64,000 nt of DNA from Cyanophyceae cyanobacterium (GTDB taxonomy: Bacteria > Cyanobacteriota > Cyanobacteriia > Cyanobacteriales > Laspinemataceae), in the NCBI GenBank assembly GCA_038321985.1, contig JBBQFN010000001.1:32001-96000 (forward strand). The letters run 5' to 3'. Numbering within the stretch: position 1 is the stretch's first letter; every line of letters begins with the position of its first letter. The position numbers and the translations under genes are program-made. Below are positions 51,228-62,700 of this stretch, piece by piece. Under the pieces are notes generated by a model. It had not been told where the DNA came from and did not search any database. It saw nothing but the letters and a program-made list of their open reading frames with translations.

Positions 51228-51863
51228 TTAGTTAGGAATATCCGGAATAGTGCCCGGATTATCTTGTTTGGCTAAATATTGACTTAATGCATAAGCCATA
51301 TCAGCCCGAGTCATCGGTTCTAAGGGATTGAGGGAGTCATTGCTTCCCACATTAACTAACTCTTCAAAAATGGCAGTGGCTAAGGCTTGTCTAGCCCAAT
51401 CAGGAGTTTGATAGCCATCCCGATAAGAAGTTAGAATTCGATTAACATCCCCATCGTTAATCATTAATACACCAAAGGCTTGGGCAAAAATAGCAAATCC
51501 TTCAGCACGACTGACGGGCTGATTAGGATGGAATTTTCCCGCTAAATCGCCTTTCATAATACCAGCTTTTAAGGCAATTTCAATATCCCGGTAGGCCCAA
51601 TGAGACGGCGGAACATCGGTAATAGATGGGCTGCTATTTGGGCCGGTTACTCGTTGCTCAAGTTTAAAGGTTTTGACCAAAATAGAGGCCAGTTCCGCCC
51701 GCACAACTCCCCGTTCCGGGTGAAATTCTCCGTCGGGATATTGGGTCATTAAACCCGCTTCAATGACCTCTTGAATCGGATTGATGGGTTGTTGTGCTCT
51801 TACGGATATAATCAGGCTTTGCAGCAGTAAAGTGACCGAAACCAGGGTTAAAAATTTTTTCAT
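51228..51863 (-). CDS. S-layer homology (SLH) domain protein
   Basis: Signal peptide MKKFLTL..; three SLH repeats (YPDGEFHPE..RAE; DVPPSHWA..FHPNQPVSRAE; PDWA..P..PMTRAD). Confidence 0.9.
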   Translation of the reverse strand: MKKFLTLVSVTLLLQSLIISVRAQQPINPIQEVIEAGLMTQYPDGEFHPERGVVRAELASILVKTFKLEQRVTGPNSSPSITDVPPSHWAYRDIEIALKAGIMKGDLAGKFHPNQPVSRAEGFAIFAQAFGVLMINDGDVNRILTSYRDGYQTPDWARQALATAIFEELVNVGSNDSLNPLEPMTRADMAYALSQYLAKQDNPGTIPDIPN

Positions 51864-52455
51864 AGGAGGTGGTATTGCTGGCGAAAATTTAGGGTGGATA
51901 GCGGTTTGTGGACAGATAAGGGTTCCTGGGTTTATAAAGTCTGGTGGGGGTAGCACCGATCGCTTTGTTTTGAGTCCCTCAACTCCCTCAAAGGCGCTAT
52001 GGTATAGAACTACAACCCGCGTTTAACCTCATAAGGATTTTCTGGGAACATTCGGCTGTTTAAGGCAACAATTCACATTATCCGATCGCTTCGGGCGCAA
52101 GGCAAGGGAGTCCCTTCTCTAGTCAGGGGCTTTCCTGAATAAAAAAATTTAGGTTCCGCTTGTACTATTTGAAAAAATAAGATACGATGTAGGCGAGAAA
52201 AAGCCACAAACTCCTTGAGCTTCCGTAAGAGGAAAACTGCTAGGTCCAATCTCCCCGCCTAAACGAAGGACACTCCGACGGTACAATCCGATCTCCACTA
52301 TATTAGGAATTCGTACCGGAACCCAGGCGTCCTCTTCTGCGTAATTTCACGTACACAGAAATTTCAGTAAAAATACTGAGTTAGATCAAGCGATTCCACC
52401 GATGATTTTTCAAGGGATGAGCAGCAGAATAGTAAACATAGAGTTCAGGTAAAAA

Positions 52456-52641
52456 ATGATGCAAGTTACGGCAACGGTTCGCGATATGTTCATCAATGCT
52501 TCTCTATCTCAGCAAATCAGCTTCCATGACTGGGTTTTATTAAATGCATTACCGGAGTCCAATCTGTCCCAAGAAGAAAGACGGATGATCAAGCGCTTAC
52601 TGCACAGCGTGAGACGCGGCTGGTTTAGAGTATTAAGTTAA
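52456..52641 (+). CDS. small cyanobacterial hypothetical protein (61 aa)
   Basis: LSQEERRMIKRLLHSVRRG resembles a widespread small cyanobacterial family. Confidence 0.7.
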   Translation: MMQVTATVRDMFINASLSQQISFHDWVLLNALPESNLSQEERRMIKRLLHSVRRGWFRVLS

Positions 52642-52722
52642 CCCAGATTGGACAGCAATTTCCTAAAGTCAAGTTTCACTAAAACCCGGGTTTTGTGTGA
52701 CAGATAACCTTAATCTCCCAGT

Positions 52723-54363
52723 TCACAATTTCCCAGAGAGTAAGGCTTCCAGTAAGCCGTCGAGTGTATATTCCTGGGCTTCTACATCGACTCGTCCGAG
52801 TAATTCATAACAGGCTTTTGAGGTTTGCGGACCAATCGAAGCAATCCGCACGTTGTTTAATAGACTTTGCCAAGGGCGATCGCCGCTACGAGATTTGCGA
52901 TCGAGTAACTGGCAGAAGTTTTTCACGGTTTTAGAACTGGCGAAGGTAATGATATCAATACGGCGCTGTTGCAGTGCATTCCAGGCTTCCGGCGCGATCG
53001 CCTCGGGACAACCCGATTCATAAGCGGCAACTTCTTCGACAATCGCACCTTGAGTTGTAAACTCGGCAACTAACACATCTCTACCCCCTGTTTCCACCCG
53101 GGGAAAGAGTATTTTTTGTCCCGCTACATCCTCGGGAAATTGTTCCACCAGAGAATCTGCTACAAACTCCGGGGGAATATAATCCGCCTGGAGACTTCGT
53201 TGTTGCAAGGTTGCAGCGGTTTTTTGGCCCACAACAGCAATTTTGAGTCCCGCCAGGATACGGGTATCTTTTCCCGTGGCGAGGAGGCGATCGCAGAAGT
53301 AATCAACGGCGTTGGCAGAAGTGAGAATTAACCAGTCAAATTCGGCAATCCGGGCGATCGCGCGATCGAGGGATTCCCAACTGGATGGGGGGAAAATTTC
53401 CAAGGCAGGCATTTCGATCACCATTGCACCTGCATCGGTTAGCATCTGGGTAAAGGTGCTAGATTGTCCTGCCGATCGCGTGACTAAAACAGTTTTTCCC
53501 CCTAAAGCGGAGGTAGGATTAGGGGACGAATCCGCCCAGTTAGATGGAGACATGGAGGTGGGGAAAGAGTCGGGAGAGGCTAGGTTATCTCCGGTTAGTT
53601 TACGACGGGAGGGGGACTCCGGAAGCAGATACTCGCGCAATTTGACCACTTCCCCAATCACAATCACTGCCGGAGAGAGGGATTCGCCTCGGGTGCGATC
53701 TCGGATATCGGCAAAGGTCCCCGTCCACACAAACTGGCGACTGGTGCCACAAGCGCGGATAATGGCGACTGGGGTTTGGGAGGATTTGCCCTTTTGCTGC
53801 AACTGCCGCAGGATTTCATCGAGTTGACGAGTTCCCATTAAAATAACTAGAGTCGGCATTTGCGCCAGGGTTTCCCAATCGAGGCGATCGCTATCATGTC
53901 CCGTCACCACCGTGAATGAGTGACTCATCACCGGATCCGTAAGGGGAATCCCAGCGAGTAAAGGTCCCGCTAAAGCCGAAGAAATCCCGGGGATGACTTG
54001 ATAGGCACATCCTGCCGCCTTCAACGCCTGGATTTCCTCCGTACAGCGCCCAAAAATAAAGGGGTCCCCACTTTTGAGACGGACCACCCGCTTAGACTGC
54101 TGACATTGTGCCACCAATAGGCGATCGATATCCGCTTGTTGCCAACTCGGTTGTCCACCGCGTTTGCCGACATAGATCCGCTGACATCCTGCGGGGGCCA
54201 GTTGTAGCAATGACTCATCAATCAGGGCATCATAGACGACTGCCTCGGCTTCCGCCAACAATTGCCTCGATCGCACCGTTAAATAGGCGGCATCCCCGGG
54301 TCCTGCACCCACCAAATAAACGATTCCCCCTGTTTCCATCGCGATTACCTGCCCTTTTGACAT
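52723..54363 (-). CDS. cobA: fused uroporphyrinogen-III C-methyltransferase / uroporphyrinogen-III synthase (CobA-HemD)
   Basis: VYLVGAGPGD, RLKSGDPFIFGR and PGISSA (SUMT); VLVTR, LTSANAV, FASSKTV and SIGPQT (HemD). Confidence 0.95.
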   Translation of the reverse strand: MSKGQVIAMETGGIVYLVGAGPGDAAYLTVRSRQLLAEAEAVVYDALIDESLLQLAPAGCQRIYVGKRGGQPSWQQADIDRLLVAQCQQSKRVVRLKSGDPFIFGRCTEEIQALKAAGCAYQVIPGISSALAGPLLAGIPLTDPVMSHSFTVVTGHDSDRLDWETLAQMPTLVILMGTRQLDEILRQLQQKGKSSQTPVAIIRACGTSRQFVWTGTFADIRDRTRGESLSPAVIVIGEVVKLREYLLPESPSRRKLTGDNLASPDSFPTSMSPSNWADSSPNPTSALGGKTVLVTRSAGQSSTFTQMLTDAGAMVIEMPALEIFPPSSWESLDRAIARIAEFDWLILTSANAVDYFCDRLLATGKDTRILAGLKIAVVGQKTAATLQQRSLQADYIPPEFVADSLVEQFPEDVAGQKILFPRVETGGRDVLVAEFTTQGAIVEEVAAYESGCPEAIAPEAWNALQQRRIDIITFASSKTVKNFCQLLDRKSRSGDRPWQSLLNNVRIASIGPQTSKACYELLGRVDVEAQEYTLDGLLEALLSGKL

Positions 54364-54510
54364 CCTCAGACGGTATCTTACCCTGATTGGGGCTACACTA
54401 TGCCCATGCGATCGCCTCCTTTAACCTCAATTCTGCGATTAATCCTGAATAAATCCCACAGAATATAGTATTTTCGATCCGGAGTGCTTCACCGAAACCA
54501 ACCCCTAACC

Positions 54511-55326
54511 ATGTCAAACCCCCAACAAACCATCTCCCTACTTTGTCCAACTCGGGGACGTCCCGAACAAGCCCTGCGATTAGCTTTGAGCGTTTTAAAC
54601 ACGGCATCTCAACCCCAGCGTGTCGAACTCCTCTTTTATGTAGATGATGACGACTCCAAACAATCGGAGTATTTAGATATATTTAAAACCCATAAACCGG
54701 AATTGGACCGATTTCGACGCTGTGGGTTTTTATTCGCAGAGGCGATCGGAATTTCCAAAGCATGGAATGAACTCGCCAGTCGCTGCCAGGGTAATCTCTT
54801 AATTATGGCGGCTGATGACCAAACCTACAACGATTTTGGCTGGGATACTCGCCTTGACATCGAAACCCAGAAGTATCCCGATGAAATCTTTTGTATGTGG
54901 TTCAATGACGGACACTGGCAAGAAAAACTCTGTACCTTCCCCATTGTTTCCCGCAAATGGTGCGAAACATTAGGCTATTTTACCACGGGATTATTTGAAT
55001 GTCTTTATGATGATATGTGGATTTGGGAAGTTGCCAAACGAGTCGGGAGATTGCATTATATTCCGGATATTTTAACGGAACATTTACATTGGGGCTATGG
55101 CAAAGCAGAACTCGATGAAACCTATCTGCGCAAACAAGTCTATGCCGATAAAAAGTTAAAACCTGCCGTCTATCGAGATATGGACTTGTACTGTCGAACC
55201 GTTCCCTATCGCGAAACCGATGCAAAACGCATTGCAGCCGTGATGACAGGAGAAGTATTCCTCCACCCCGCCCAGTTAATGGTTCCCGGCAAATCCACCA
55301 TCTTCGATCGGCGAGACAAAGATTAA
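54511..55326 (+). CDS. GT-A fold (family 2-like) glycosyltransferase
   Basis: ISLLCPTRGRP, YVDDDD, AWN, MAADD (DxD-like), YDD and EHLH motifs. Confidence 0.82.
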   Translation: MSNPQQTISLLCPTRGRPEQALRLALSVLNTASQPQRVELLFYVDDDDSKQSEYLDIFKTHKPELDRFRRCGFLFAEAIGISKAWNELASRCQGNLLIMAADDQTYNDFGWDTRLDIETQKYPDEIFCMWFNDGHWQEKLCTFPIVSRKWCETLGYFTTGLFECLYDDMWIWEVAKRVGRLHYIPDILTEHLHWGYGKAELDETYLRKQVYADKKLKPAVYRDMDLYCRTVPYRETDAKRIAAVMTGEVFLHPAQLMVPGKSTIFDRRDKD

Positions 55327-55336
55327 TCTTTTCCAT

Positions 55337-55396
55337 GTTCGGTGTCACGACTTTAGTCGTTCTTATCTGGGTTTGTAGTAACGACTTTAGTCGTTA
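55337..55396. repeat. two tandem copies of an ACGACTTTAGTCGT-core palindromic repeat
   Basis: GTTCGGTGTCACGACTTTAGTCGTT (55337) and GTTTGTAGTAACGACTTTAGTCGTTA (55371), 34-nt period; similar to 51185-51218. Confidence 0.85.
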
Positions 55397-55460
55397 TCTT
55401 TCCCAATTCTGTACCACAACTTCAATTGTTCTCGTCTCCCAATTTACACCTGGTTTACCC

Positions 55461-55781
55461 ATGCAAAATATCTGTTCAGCCCTCTTACCCACCCTTCGGA
55501 CTTATTTCAAAACCCTGTATGGAGAAAAGCTCAAACAGTTAATTCTATACGGTTCCCAAGCCCGAGGAGATGCAAAGCCCGATTCAGATATTGATATTTT
55601 GGTCATTTTGGCCGATCCAGTGGATGCCTGGACAGAAATCGATCGCACCAGTCAATTTATCGCCGACTTGTGCTTAGAACATACCGTGGTAATTTCTACC
55701 GCTTTTGTTTCTTCCCATCGGTTTCAGCAAGAAAAAAGCCCTTTTTTCCTGAACGTTCATAAAGAAGGAGTGGCGCTTTGA
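55461..55781 (+). CDS. minimal nucleotidyltransferase (MNT) antitoxin
   Basis: LYGSQARGDAKPDSDIDILV (GSx10DxD) motif, 106 aa; ATG at 55461. Confidence 0.9.
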   Translation: MQNICSALLPTLRTYFKTLYGEKLKQLILYGSQARGDAKPDSDIDILVILADPVDAWTEIDRTSQFIADLCLEHTVVISTAFVSSHRFQQEKSPFFLNVHKEGVAL

Positions 55782-55816
55782 TACCTGAACAAATCGCTTT
55801 GCTTAGAAAAGCTCAA
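55778..55816 (+). pseudogene. N-terminal remnant of a HEPN toxin
   Basis: TTG start overlaps the MNT stop (TTGA) after an AAGGAG RBS; encodes MIPEQIALLRKAQ, typical of HEPN N-termini; frame stops at 55864 inside the opposite gene. Confidence 0.6.
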
Positions 55817-55829
55817 GGGGAAAACAGCA

Positions 55830-56669
55830 TTAAAGTTCATCAGTTAAGGCGAAAACTAGATTGAAGACATATTGAGAATTGTAATATTGATTTGGTAATA
55901 ATTTTACACAATGGGGGGACTCGTTTCGTAATAAATAGACGCTGTACCCGAGTGATGCCATGAACTCTCTTAACTGTTTTTCATGGATTCCCATTTTTTC
56001 TAAGGCGAAGCGATTAATTTCAGCAATGATATAGGGAACCTGATAAGTGGAAAGGGTTTGTAATGAACCTTGTAAAATCTGATATTCTGCCCCTTCTGCA
56101 TCTATTTTAATTAATTTTACCCCAGTTAATCCTTTATCTCGGAGGGTTTCATCTAGGGTTGTCATAGGTAGGGTGAAGGTTTGAGGGCGACTGCGGCTAA
56201 TTTGATTAAAGGAGTGCAACCCTACATCCCATAAGGCGTGTCCCCCATCATTATCGGAATTGTAGAAAAATTCCACGTCTTTAGTTTCTGAACCTAAGAC
56301 TCGCGGAATGACCTGCATTTGTGGGAACTGATTTAAGCTAATATGGTCTTGAATCCAATTAATATTGGTGTGATCGGGCTCTACACTAATGACTGTTCCG
56401 GTTTCACCGACTAGAATGGCGGCGAGTAGGGAGTAATATCCAATATGTGCGCCAATATCAATAAAGGTATCTCCTGGTTTCAATACCCGTTCTAAAAATT
56501 TAGACTCTTCGGGTTCGTAGAATTTACCCTGGGAAAAGTAATTCCACATGATTTTTTGGCTAAATTTCTCAATATCTAAATTTAGGTGCAATTTGTGATA
56601 GTGATTATTGAGTCTAACTAAAATACTAACGGGTTTTTTGGTGGGGGATTGGGGGAGGCTTTGAATCAT
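55830..56669 (-). CDS. FkbM family SAM-dependent methyltransferase
   Basis: FIDIGAHIGYYS, SVEP, TLD and IKIDAEGAE motifs. Confidence 0.93.
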   Translation of the reverse strand: MIQSLPQSPTKKPVSILVRLNNHYHKLHLNLDIEKFSQKIMWNYFSQGKFYEPEESKFLERVLKPGDTFIDIGAHIGYYSLLAAILVGETGTVISVEPDHTNINWIQDHISLNQFPQMQVIPRVLGSETKDVEFFYNSDNDGGHALWDVGLHSFNQISRSRPQTFTLPMTTLDETLRDKGLTGVKLIKIDAEGAEYQILQGSLQTLSTYQVPYIIAEINRFALEKMGIHEKQLREFMASLGYSVYLLRNESPHCVKLLPNQYYNSQYVFNLVFALTDEL

Positions 56670-56731
56670 GGTTTAAGGATGGGGGAGAAGGGTTAACAGG
56701 GTTTGGGAATTATTTCTAAATTGAAACCAAT

Positions 56732-59700
56732 TTAGAGGATTTCACTGAGAACATTTAGCAAGCGATACACTTGGTTTTCCCAGGTCCATTTTTGCATAAA
56801 TTGGGCAGCAGCACGTCCTCGTTGTTGGGCTCTTTCTCGATTTTGATAGAGGATTTCGAGAGTTTCTACGATTTCTTCAATATCGGATTCGCCCCATCCC
56901 TCGACGCCGGTAAAGTGGGGGGTAGATTGTACCGAATTTTGCATAGTTAAGGGATAACAATGACTGGGGTCAATTAAATCTAAATGTCCGGTATTGGCGG
57001 ATAAAATGGCGGGAATTCCACAAGCCATTGTTTCCATAGCGACGAGGTTGGTTCCTCCTTCGCAACGATTGGTAAAGAGGGCACAGTCGGCTTCGCGGAT
57101 AATTTGCGGCATCAGATAATTGGGAATAGCACCAATATCAATAAAGGAATCGGCATTTAATCCATTGGCAATCAACCATTCACCGATTTTCAAGCCTTTG
57201 TCGGTCCCGACTTGGGGCAGTCCTTTGACATGGCCCTTGGAGTCTAACCCTAGCATGAATTGGGGCCAAAAGTTATGCCATGCGGTTAAAAGTAAGGCTT
57301 CGGGATGACGTTGTTGAAAGGCTTTAAAGGCTGCAATTACAATATCTTGTCCTTTGCGATATTCTAATTTGCCGCCGCTGAAAATGACGAAGCGATCGCC
57401 AAATAAATTGGAGTGGGGGGCGGGATGAAATAAAGTGGGATCAATCCCTTGGGGTAATGCCTGTACTCTTGCTACTCCCTGACTTTTGAGGACCTCTGCA
57501 TTCCAAGTAGAACCGGCTACAATTAAAGTATATTCATTCGCCCGGTTCCGTTTTTCGGGGGTAAAATGAGTATCTTCAAAGAAGATTAAGCCGATATTCT
57601 GTTTGCCGCCGAGTTGTTGATTGGTAGCAAGACTGGTGAAGTTATTTCCGAGGGCATGAAGGACGGGAAAATCACACCAAATCGGTTTACCGGGGTTTTT
57701 ACTCCGCAATTGTTCTAAACTTTGATACCGATCGCAGGCAGGTTGCAGTTGCGATCGCACTAACGGATTCACAACCCCCGTGGTATCCGGTGGCAGCAAC
57801 AACATCGGCTGATATCCGGGGTTTTTTTGCAGTTGTAAGGTGAGATTGGTGCCGTAAATCCCCCACCCTGTCATCTGATTTAAGGGCCATGCAATGCCCA
57901 AGCGCAAGGGGTTCTGGGTGGGTTTTGGAACGGTGGGAACGGGTTCGGGGAGATTTCTCATTGCTAGGGGGGGGATGGATCTGGAGTTTACTCGATCGCG
58001 CAATGCGATCGCGATGCGATCGCCAACTTCTTGCCAGTCTCCCGGTTGAGTGTGGCGAAATAGGTGCATTGTCGGATACCACGGAGAATCGCTGCGATCG
58101 AGTAGCCAGCGCCAATCAGGGGTATAAGCGAGTAACAGCCAGGTGGGTTTACCCATTGCACCCGCTAAATGGGCGATGGAGGTATCTACGGTAATAATTA
58201 AGTCTAATTGGGCGACTGCCGTAGCGGTGTCTGCAAAATCATTCAGTTGGGGTCCTAAATCCTCAATGGGAAAGTTATTTTGGGGTAAGGTTTCGGCAGT
58301 TTTTCCTTTTTGAAGGCTATAAAATTGCACCCCAGGAACGGTTAAAAATTTCTGAAAATCACTTAACTGACAGGAACGCTTGCGATCGCTTTTGTGGTTG
58401 GGATTTCCTGCCCACACAATACCGACTTTCAACTGGTGGGATTTAAGGGAAAATTGCAGGGGATGAGGCGGGGTAATATAAGGAATTTCCGCTGGAATTG
58501 TAGTGAGAGTGGTCCGGAAAATTCGAGGTAAACTCATCACCGGAACCCAACTGTCAAAAGGTCCCAAGTCAGCTAGAGAGGAACTGACAGAATCAATAGC
58601 GGGGATGGTTTCTAACACTCTCACTAATGGGGGAGAAACCCAGGCGACTGCCCGGATTCCCCGTTGGACAATTAAGGTAGCATAACGGATAAATTGTAAG
58701 GTATCCCCTAAGCCTTGTTCTGCGTATAATAGCAGTGTCTTACCTGTGAGATCCGCCCCCTCCCAAATCGGTACTTCAAACGTAGGTAGGGCGGGATGAC
58801 CCTTGACGCGCCAACGCCATTCGTATTCGGCAAAGCCTCCTGGCAAGTCTCCGGAAATCAGGAGACTCATGGCGAGGTTGAAGTGAGTATCTGGAAAGTC
58901 GGGCTGGATTTGGAGGGCGTGGTGATAGGTGGCGATCGCAGTTTCGGTTTTGTGCTGTTCCTGAAAGGCAGTTCCCAAGTTAATATGGGCGGCGATATAC
59001 TGGGAATCGAGGGTGAGTGCCTGTTGAAAACAAGCAATCGCCTCGGCAATTCTTCCTTCCTGGAGTAACAGATTTCCTAGGGTATTGTGGGCTTCTGTAT
59101 GAGTAGGTTCCAGGGCAATCGCCTGCTGAATATGGGCGATCGCTTCCCCAAAATTTCCTAACTTGTATAGGGCGTTTCCTAGATGGTAATGGGCTTGGCT
59201 ATGATGGGAGTCAAGGGCGAGAACCTGGCGATAGTGGGCGACTGCTGCCTGAAAGTTCCCTTCGTCAAACAAGGCATTTCCCAGATTATAATGGGCGGGA
59301 AGAGACTGGGGATCGACGGCGATCGCTTGTGCTAAATAAGAGATAGCTTCGCTAGTTTTGCCCAAACTTCGCAGGGCTGCCCCGAGATTGATATAGGCAG
59401 GGAGATGACGAGAATCAGCAACGATCGCCTGCTTGTAATACCCTACTGCCGTGTTGATTTTTCCCCCTTGATGGGCGATCGCCCCTAACAGTTGCCAGCC
59501 TTGCACCTGATTGGGATAGTGGCGCAGCAACACCCGACACCGGCGTTGTGCTGCGCCATAATTGCCCGCCTCGTACTCCTGGCGGGCGAGGGCAAAATCG
59601 GGGCTATTTGTCGGGGGTTCCGGGAAGACAACTCGCGCCGCTAATACCTCGGCTAAACTCTCGGCTACGCGATCAAATACGCCTTGCCAGTCCCCGCGTT

Positions 59701-62700
59701 CCTGCTGGCGAAACAGGCGCATTGTTGGATACCAAGGGGAATCGCTGCGATCGCGCATCCACCGCCAATCTGGGGCATAGCTTAATGCTACCCAGACAGG
59801 TTTACCCAAGGCACCGGCTAAATGTGCGACAGAAGTATCTACCGTAATCACTAAGTCTAATTGAGCGATGATTGCCGCTGTATCCGCTACATCCCGCAAT
59901 TTTGGGGCTAAATCTTCAATCGGGAGATTTTCCTGGCGAATTCGGGATTCTTCCTTGCCTTTTTGCAGACTATACCACTTCACCCCGGGTATCTCTAACA
60001 AGGGTAGAAAATACCGCAAGGGACAGGAACGAGTGCGATCGCCTTTATGTTCCGGATTCCCCGCCCAAACGATACCGACTTTCAACCCCGGCGCATCTAG
60101 CCTAACGGGTGCAAGACGGGTAGGGCTTAGATAGGGAATGTTAGCCGGTAGGGTAGCTAAGGTAGTTCCCAGAATGTGAGGCAAGCTCAACAGGGGTATC
60201 CAAACATCAATCGGCCCCAATTTTGACCGAAATGCACTGACGCGGGCAATGCCCGGTACGCTTTCAAATAGGCTCACCAAGGGTTCTGTAACCAGGGCAA
60301 CGACTCGCCCCCCGCGTTGGGCAAGCAAGGCAGCATATCGGATAAATTGGATGCAGTCTCCCAATCCTTGCTCGGCATGAAGTAAGATTGTCTTACCTTG
60401 GAGATCGGAACCATCCCAAAACGGCGCGGGTATATTCGGTAAATCCGGTGCCGCTTTCACCCGCCAACGCCATTCATATTCCCGAAATCCCTGGCGTAAG
60501 TCACCCTGGATGAGTAAGGCAATCCCCCGGTTATTATGGGCTTCGGAGTAGTCAGGTTCTAGGCGCAGGGCGGTTTCGTAGCAGGCGATCGCCTCGAAGA
60601 CTCGTCCCATGTCTTGCAGGGCTAACCCTAAATTGTTGTATCCTTTGGCATAGTTTGGATCAAGGGCGACAGCCCGTTCAAAGTGAGCGATCACCTCCTC
60701 AATTCGTCCCAATTCTTGCCAAACCATACCCAAATTATTATACCCCTCCACATGGTTCGGCTGCAAGACGATCACCCGCTGAAAATGCGCGATCGCTGCT
60801 TCACATTTCCCCACTTCCCAGAGGGCATTTCCTAAGTTATAATGTAATCCTACTTCTTGCGGCGCGTAAGGTAATGCTTTTTGATAACAGGTGATTGCCT
60901 CTGCACATTTTCCCTGGGTTTTGAGGAGCATTCCCCAATTGGTTAACGCGATAGGGTGGTAAGGATTTGCTTCTAAAACTTGTCGATATAATCGTTCGGC
61001 TTTGGTTAAATTCCCCCCTTGATGGGCAGCAATTCCTTGCGCGATTTGGGAACTCACTTCCTGGGGTATCTTGACTGGACTTTCCGTCAATCCCAACTCT
61101 TCAATTAGAGCTTGTTTCACCCCCTCAAAAACACTCTGCCAATCTCCTGGCTTATTTTGGCGAAATAGGCGCACAGTCGGATACCAAGGGGAATCTACGC
61201 GATTCAGCAACCACCGCCAATCCGGTGCAAAGGGCAGCAAAACCCAAGCTGGTTTTCCTAAAGCCCCCGCCAAATGGGCGACTGCTGTATCAACGGTAAT
61301 CACTAAATCTAATTCGGCCATAAATTGAGCCGTATCCCCGAAATGATTCAACTGCGGGGATAAATCTTTAATCGGGATTGGGGGGTTTATCGAGTTTAAT
61401 TCTAACGAACCTTTTTGTAAACTATAAAATTTAATATCAGTAGTCTGTAAACTTTCTAATAATTGTAAAAAATAAGATAAAGGACAGGAACGTTTAATAG
61501 CCGTAGGATTATCCGAATTTGCTGCCCAAACAATCCCTATTTGGAACAATTTAGAATTGATTCGGTTGCTTGTCATCGTTGGCAGCAATCCACTCTTAAC
61601 AAGGGCTTGCTGGCTTTGTTCCTGTAGCCCCAGTCGGGAAGGATGCGGGGGATGCATCAAATAAGGGGTCTCACTGGGAATTTTGTCTAACGTTGTTCCC
61701 AAAATTCGAGGTAAACTCATCAACGGGGCATGAACGTCAAAAGCCGGTAAGGGTTGATCTCGCACAACTAGCTGATCCACCCCTTGGAGGTGTTCTAACA
61801 AGGGAAATAAGGGGGGATAACACTCCAGAATTACCCGCACGCCTTCGGCAGCGACAAGGGGTATATAACGGATAAATTGCAGGGTATCTCCGAGCCCTTG
61901 TTCACTATGGAGAAGAATCGTATGCCCGGTGAGAGGGGAACCGTCCCACAGGGGTTGCGTAAACGGGCGGGGCTTGCGATCGCCGAGTTGCCAACGCCAT
62001 TCATATTCGGTAAATCCGCGCCGGTAATCCCCGGATATCAATAAGGAGAGGGCGCGATTCCAATGGAAGTTAACCTTGTGGGGTTCGATCGCAATTGCCC
62101 GATCATAACAAGCGATTGCCTCCGCTAAATCCCCGGAATCGTGCAACGCTACCCCGAGGTTATAATGAAATTCCGCAGCCTCGGGACAGTGGGCGACGGC
62201 TTGCCGATAGTGAGCGATCGCCGCCTCTAACTCTCCCACATCTTTGAGGGCATTTCCCAGATTAGTATGAATTTGCACATCCCCCGGCTTTAACGCGACT
62301 GCCTGCTGATACTGGGCGATCGCCTCCGGAACCCGTCTCACTTCTAGGAGCAAATTCCCTAAATTATAGCGGGCATTGGTATAATGAGGGCGTAAAGAAA
62401 TCGCTTCCTGATAATGGGCGACTGCCTCTGACTCTTGTCCCTCCAGTTTCAGGATATTTGCCAAATTGTAATGCAATTCCGGTACATCCGGCTGCACCTT
62501 TAATCCCTGCTGATACCAATCGATTGCCCCTAAATTATCCCCCTGCTGGGCGGCGATCGTTCCCAACAAATGCAGGGCATGAATGTTACCCGGTTCCCGA
62601 TGTAGAATTTCCTGGCAGAGGCTTTGTGCGGCGGTAAAATTACTCGATTCGCACTGTTGTCGAGCCATTTCCAGGCATTGGGAAACCGAGAATTGTGAGT

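Noticed and set aside
55337..55396. Possible mini-CRISPR array
   Set aside because: Only two degenerate units, a gap far shorter than a spacer, and no cas genes in the window.
55335..55460. N-terminal extension of the MNT ORF
   Set aside because: It is a translation of the palindromic repeats; the MNT domain starts at ATG 55461.
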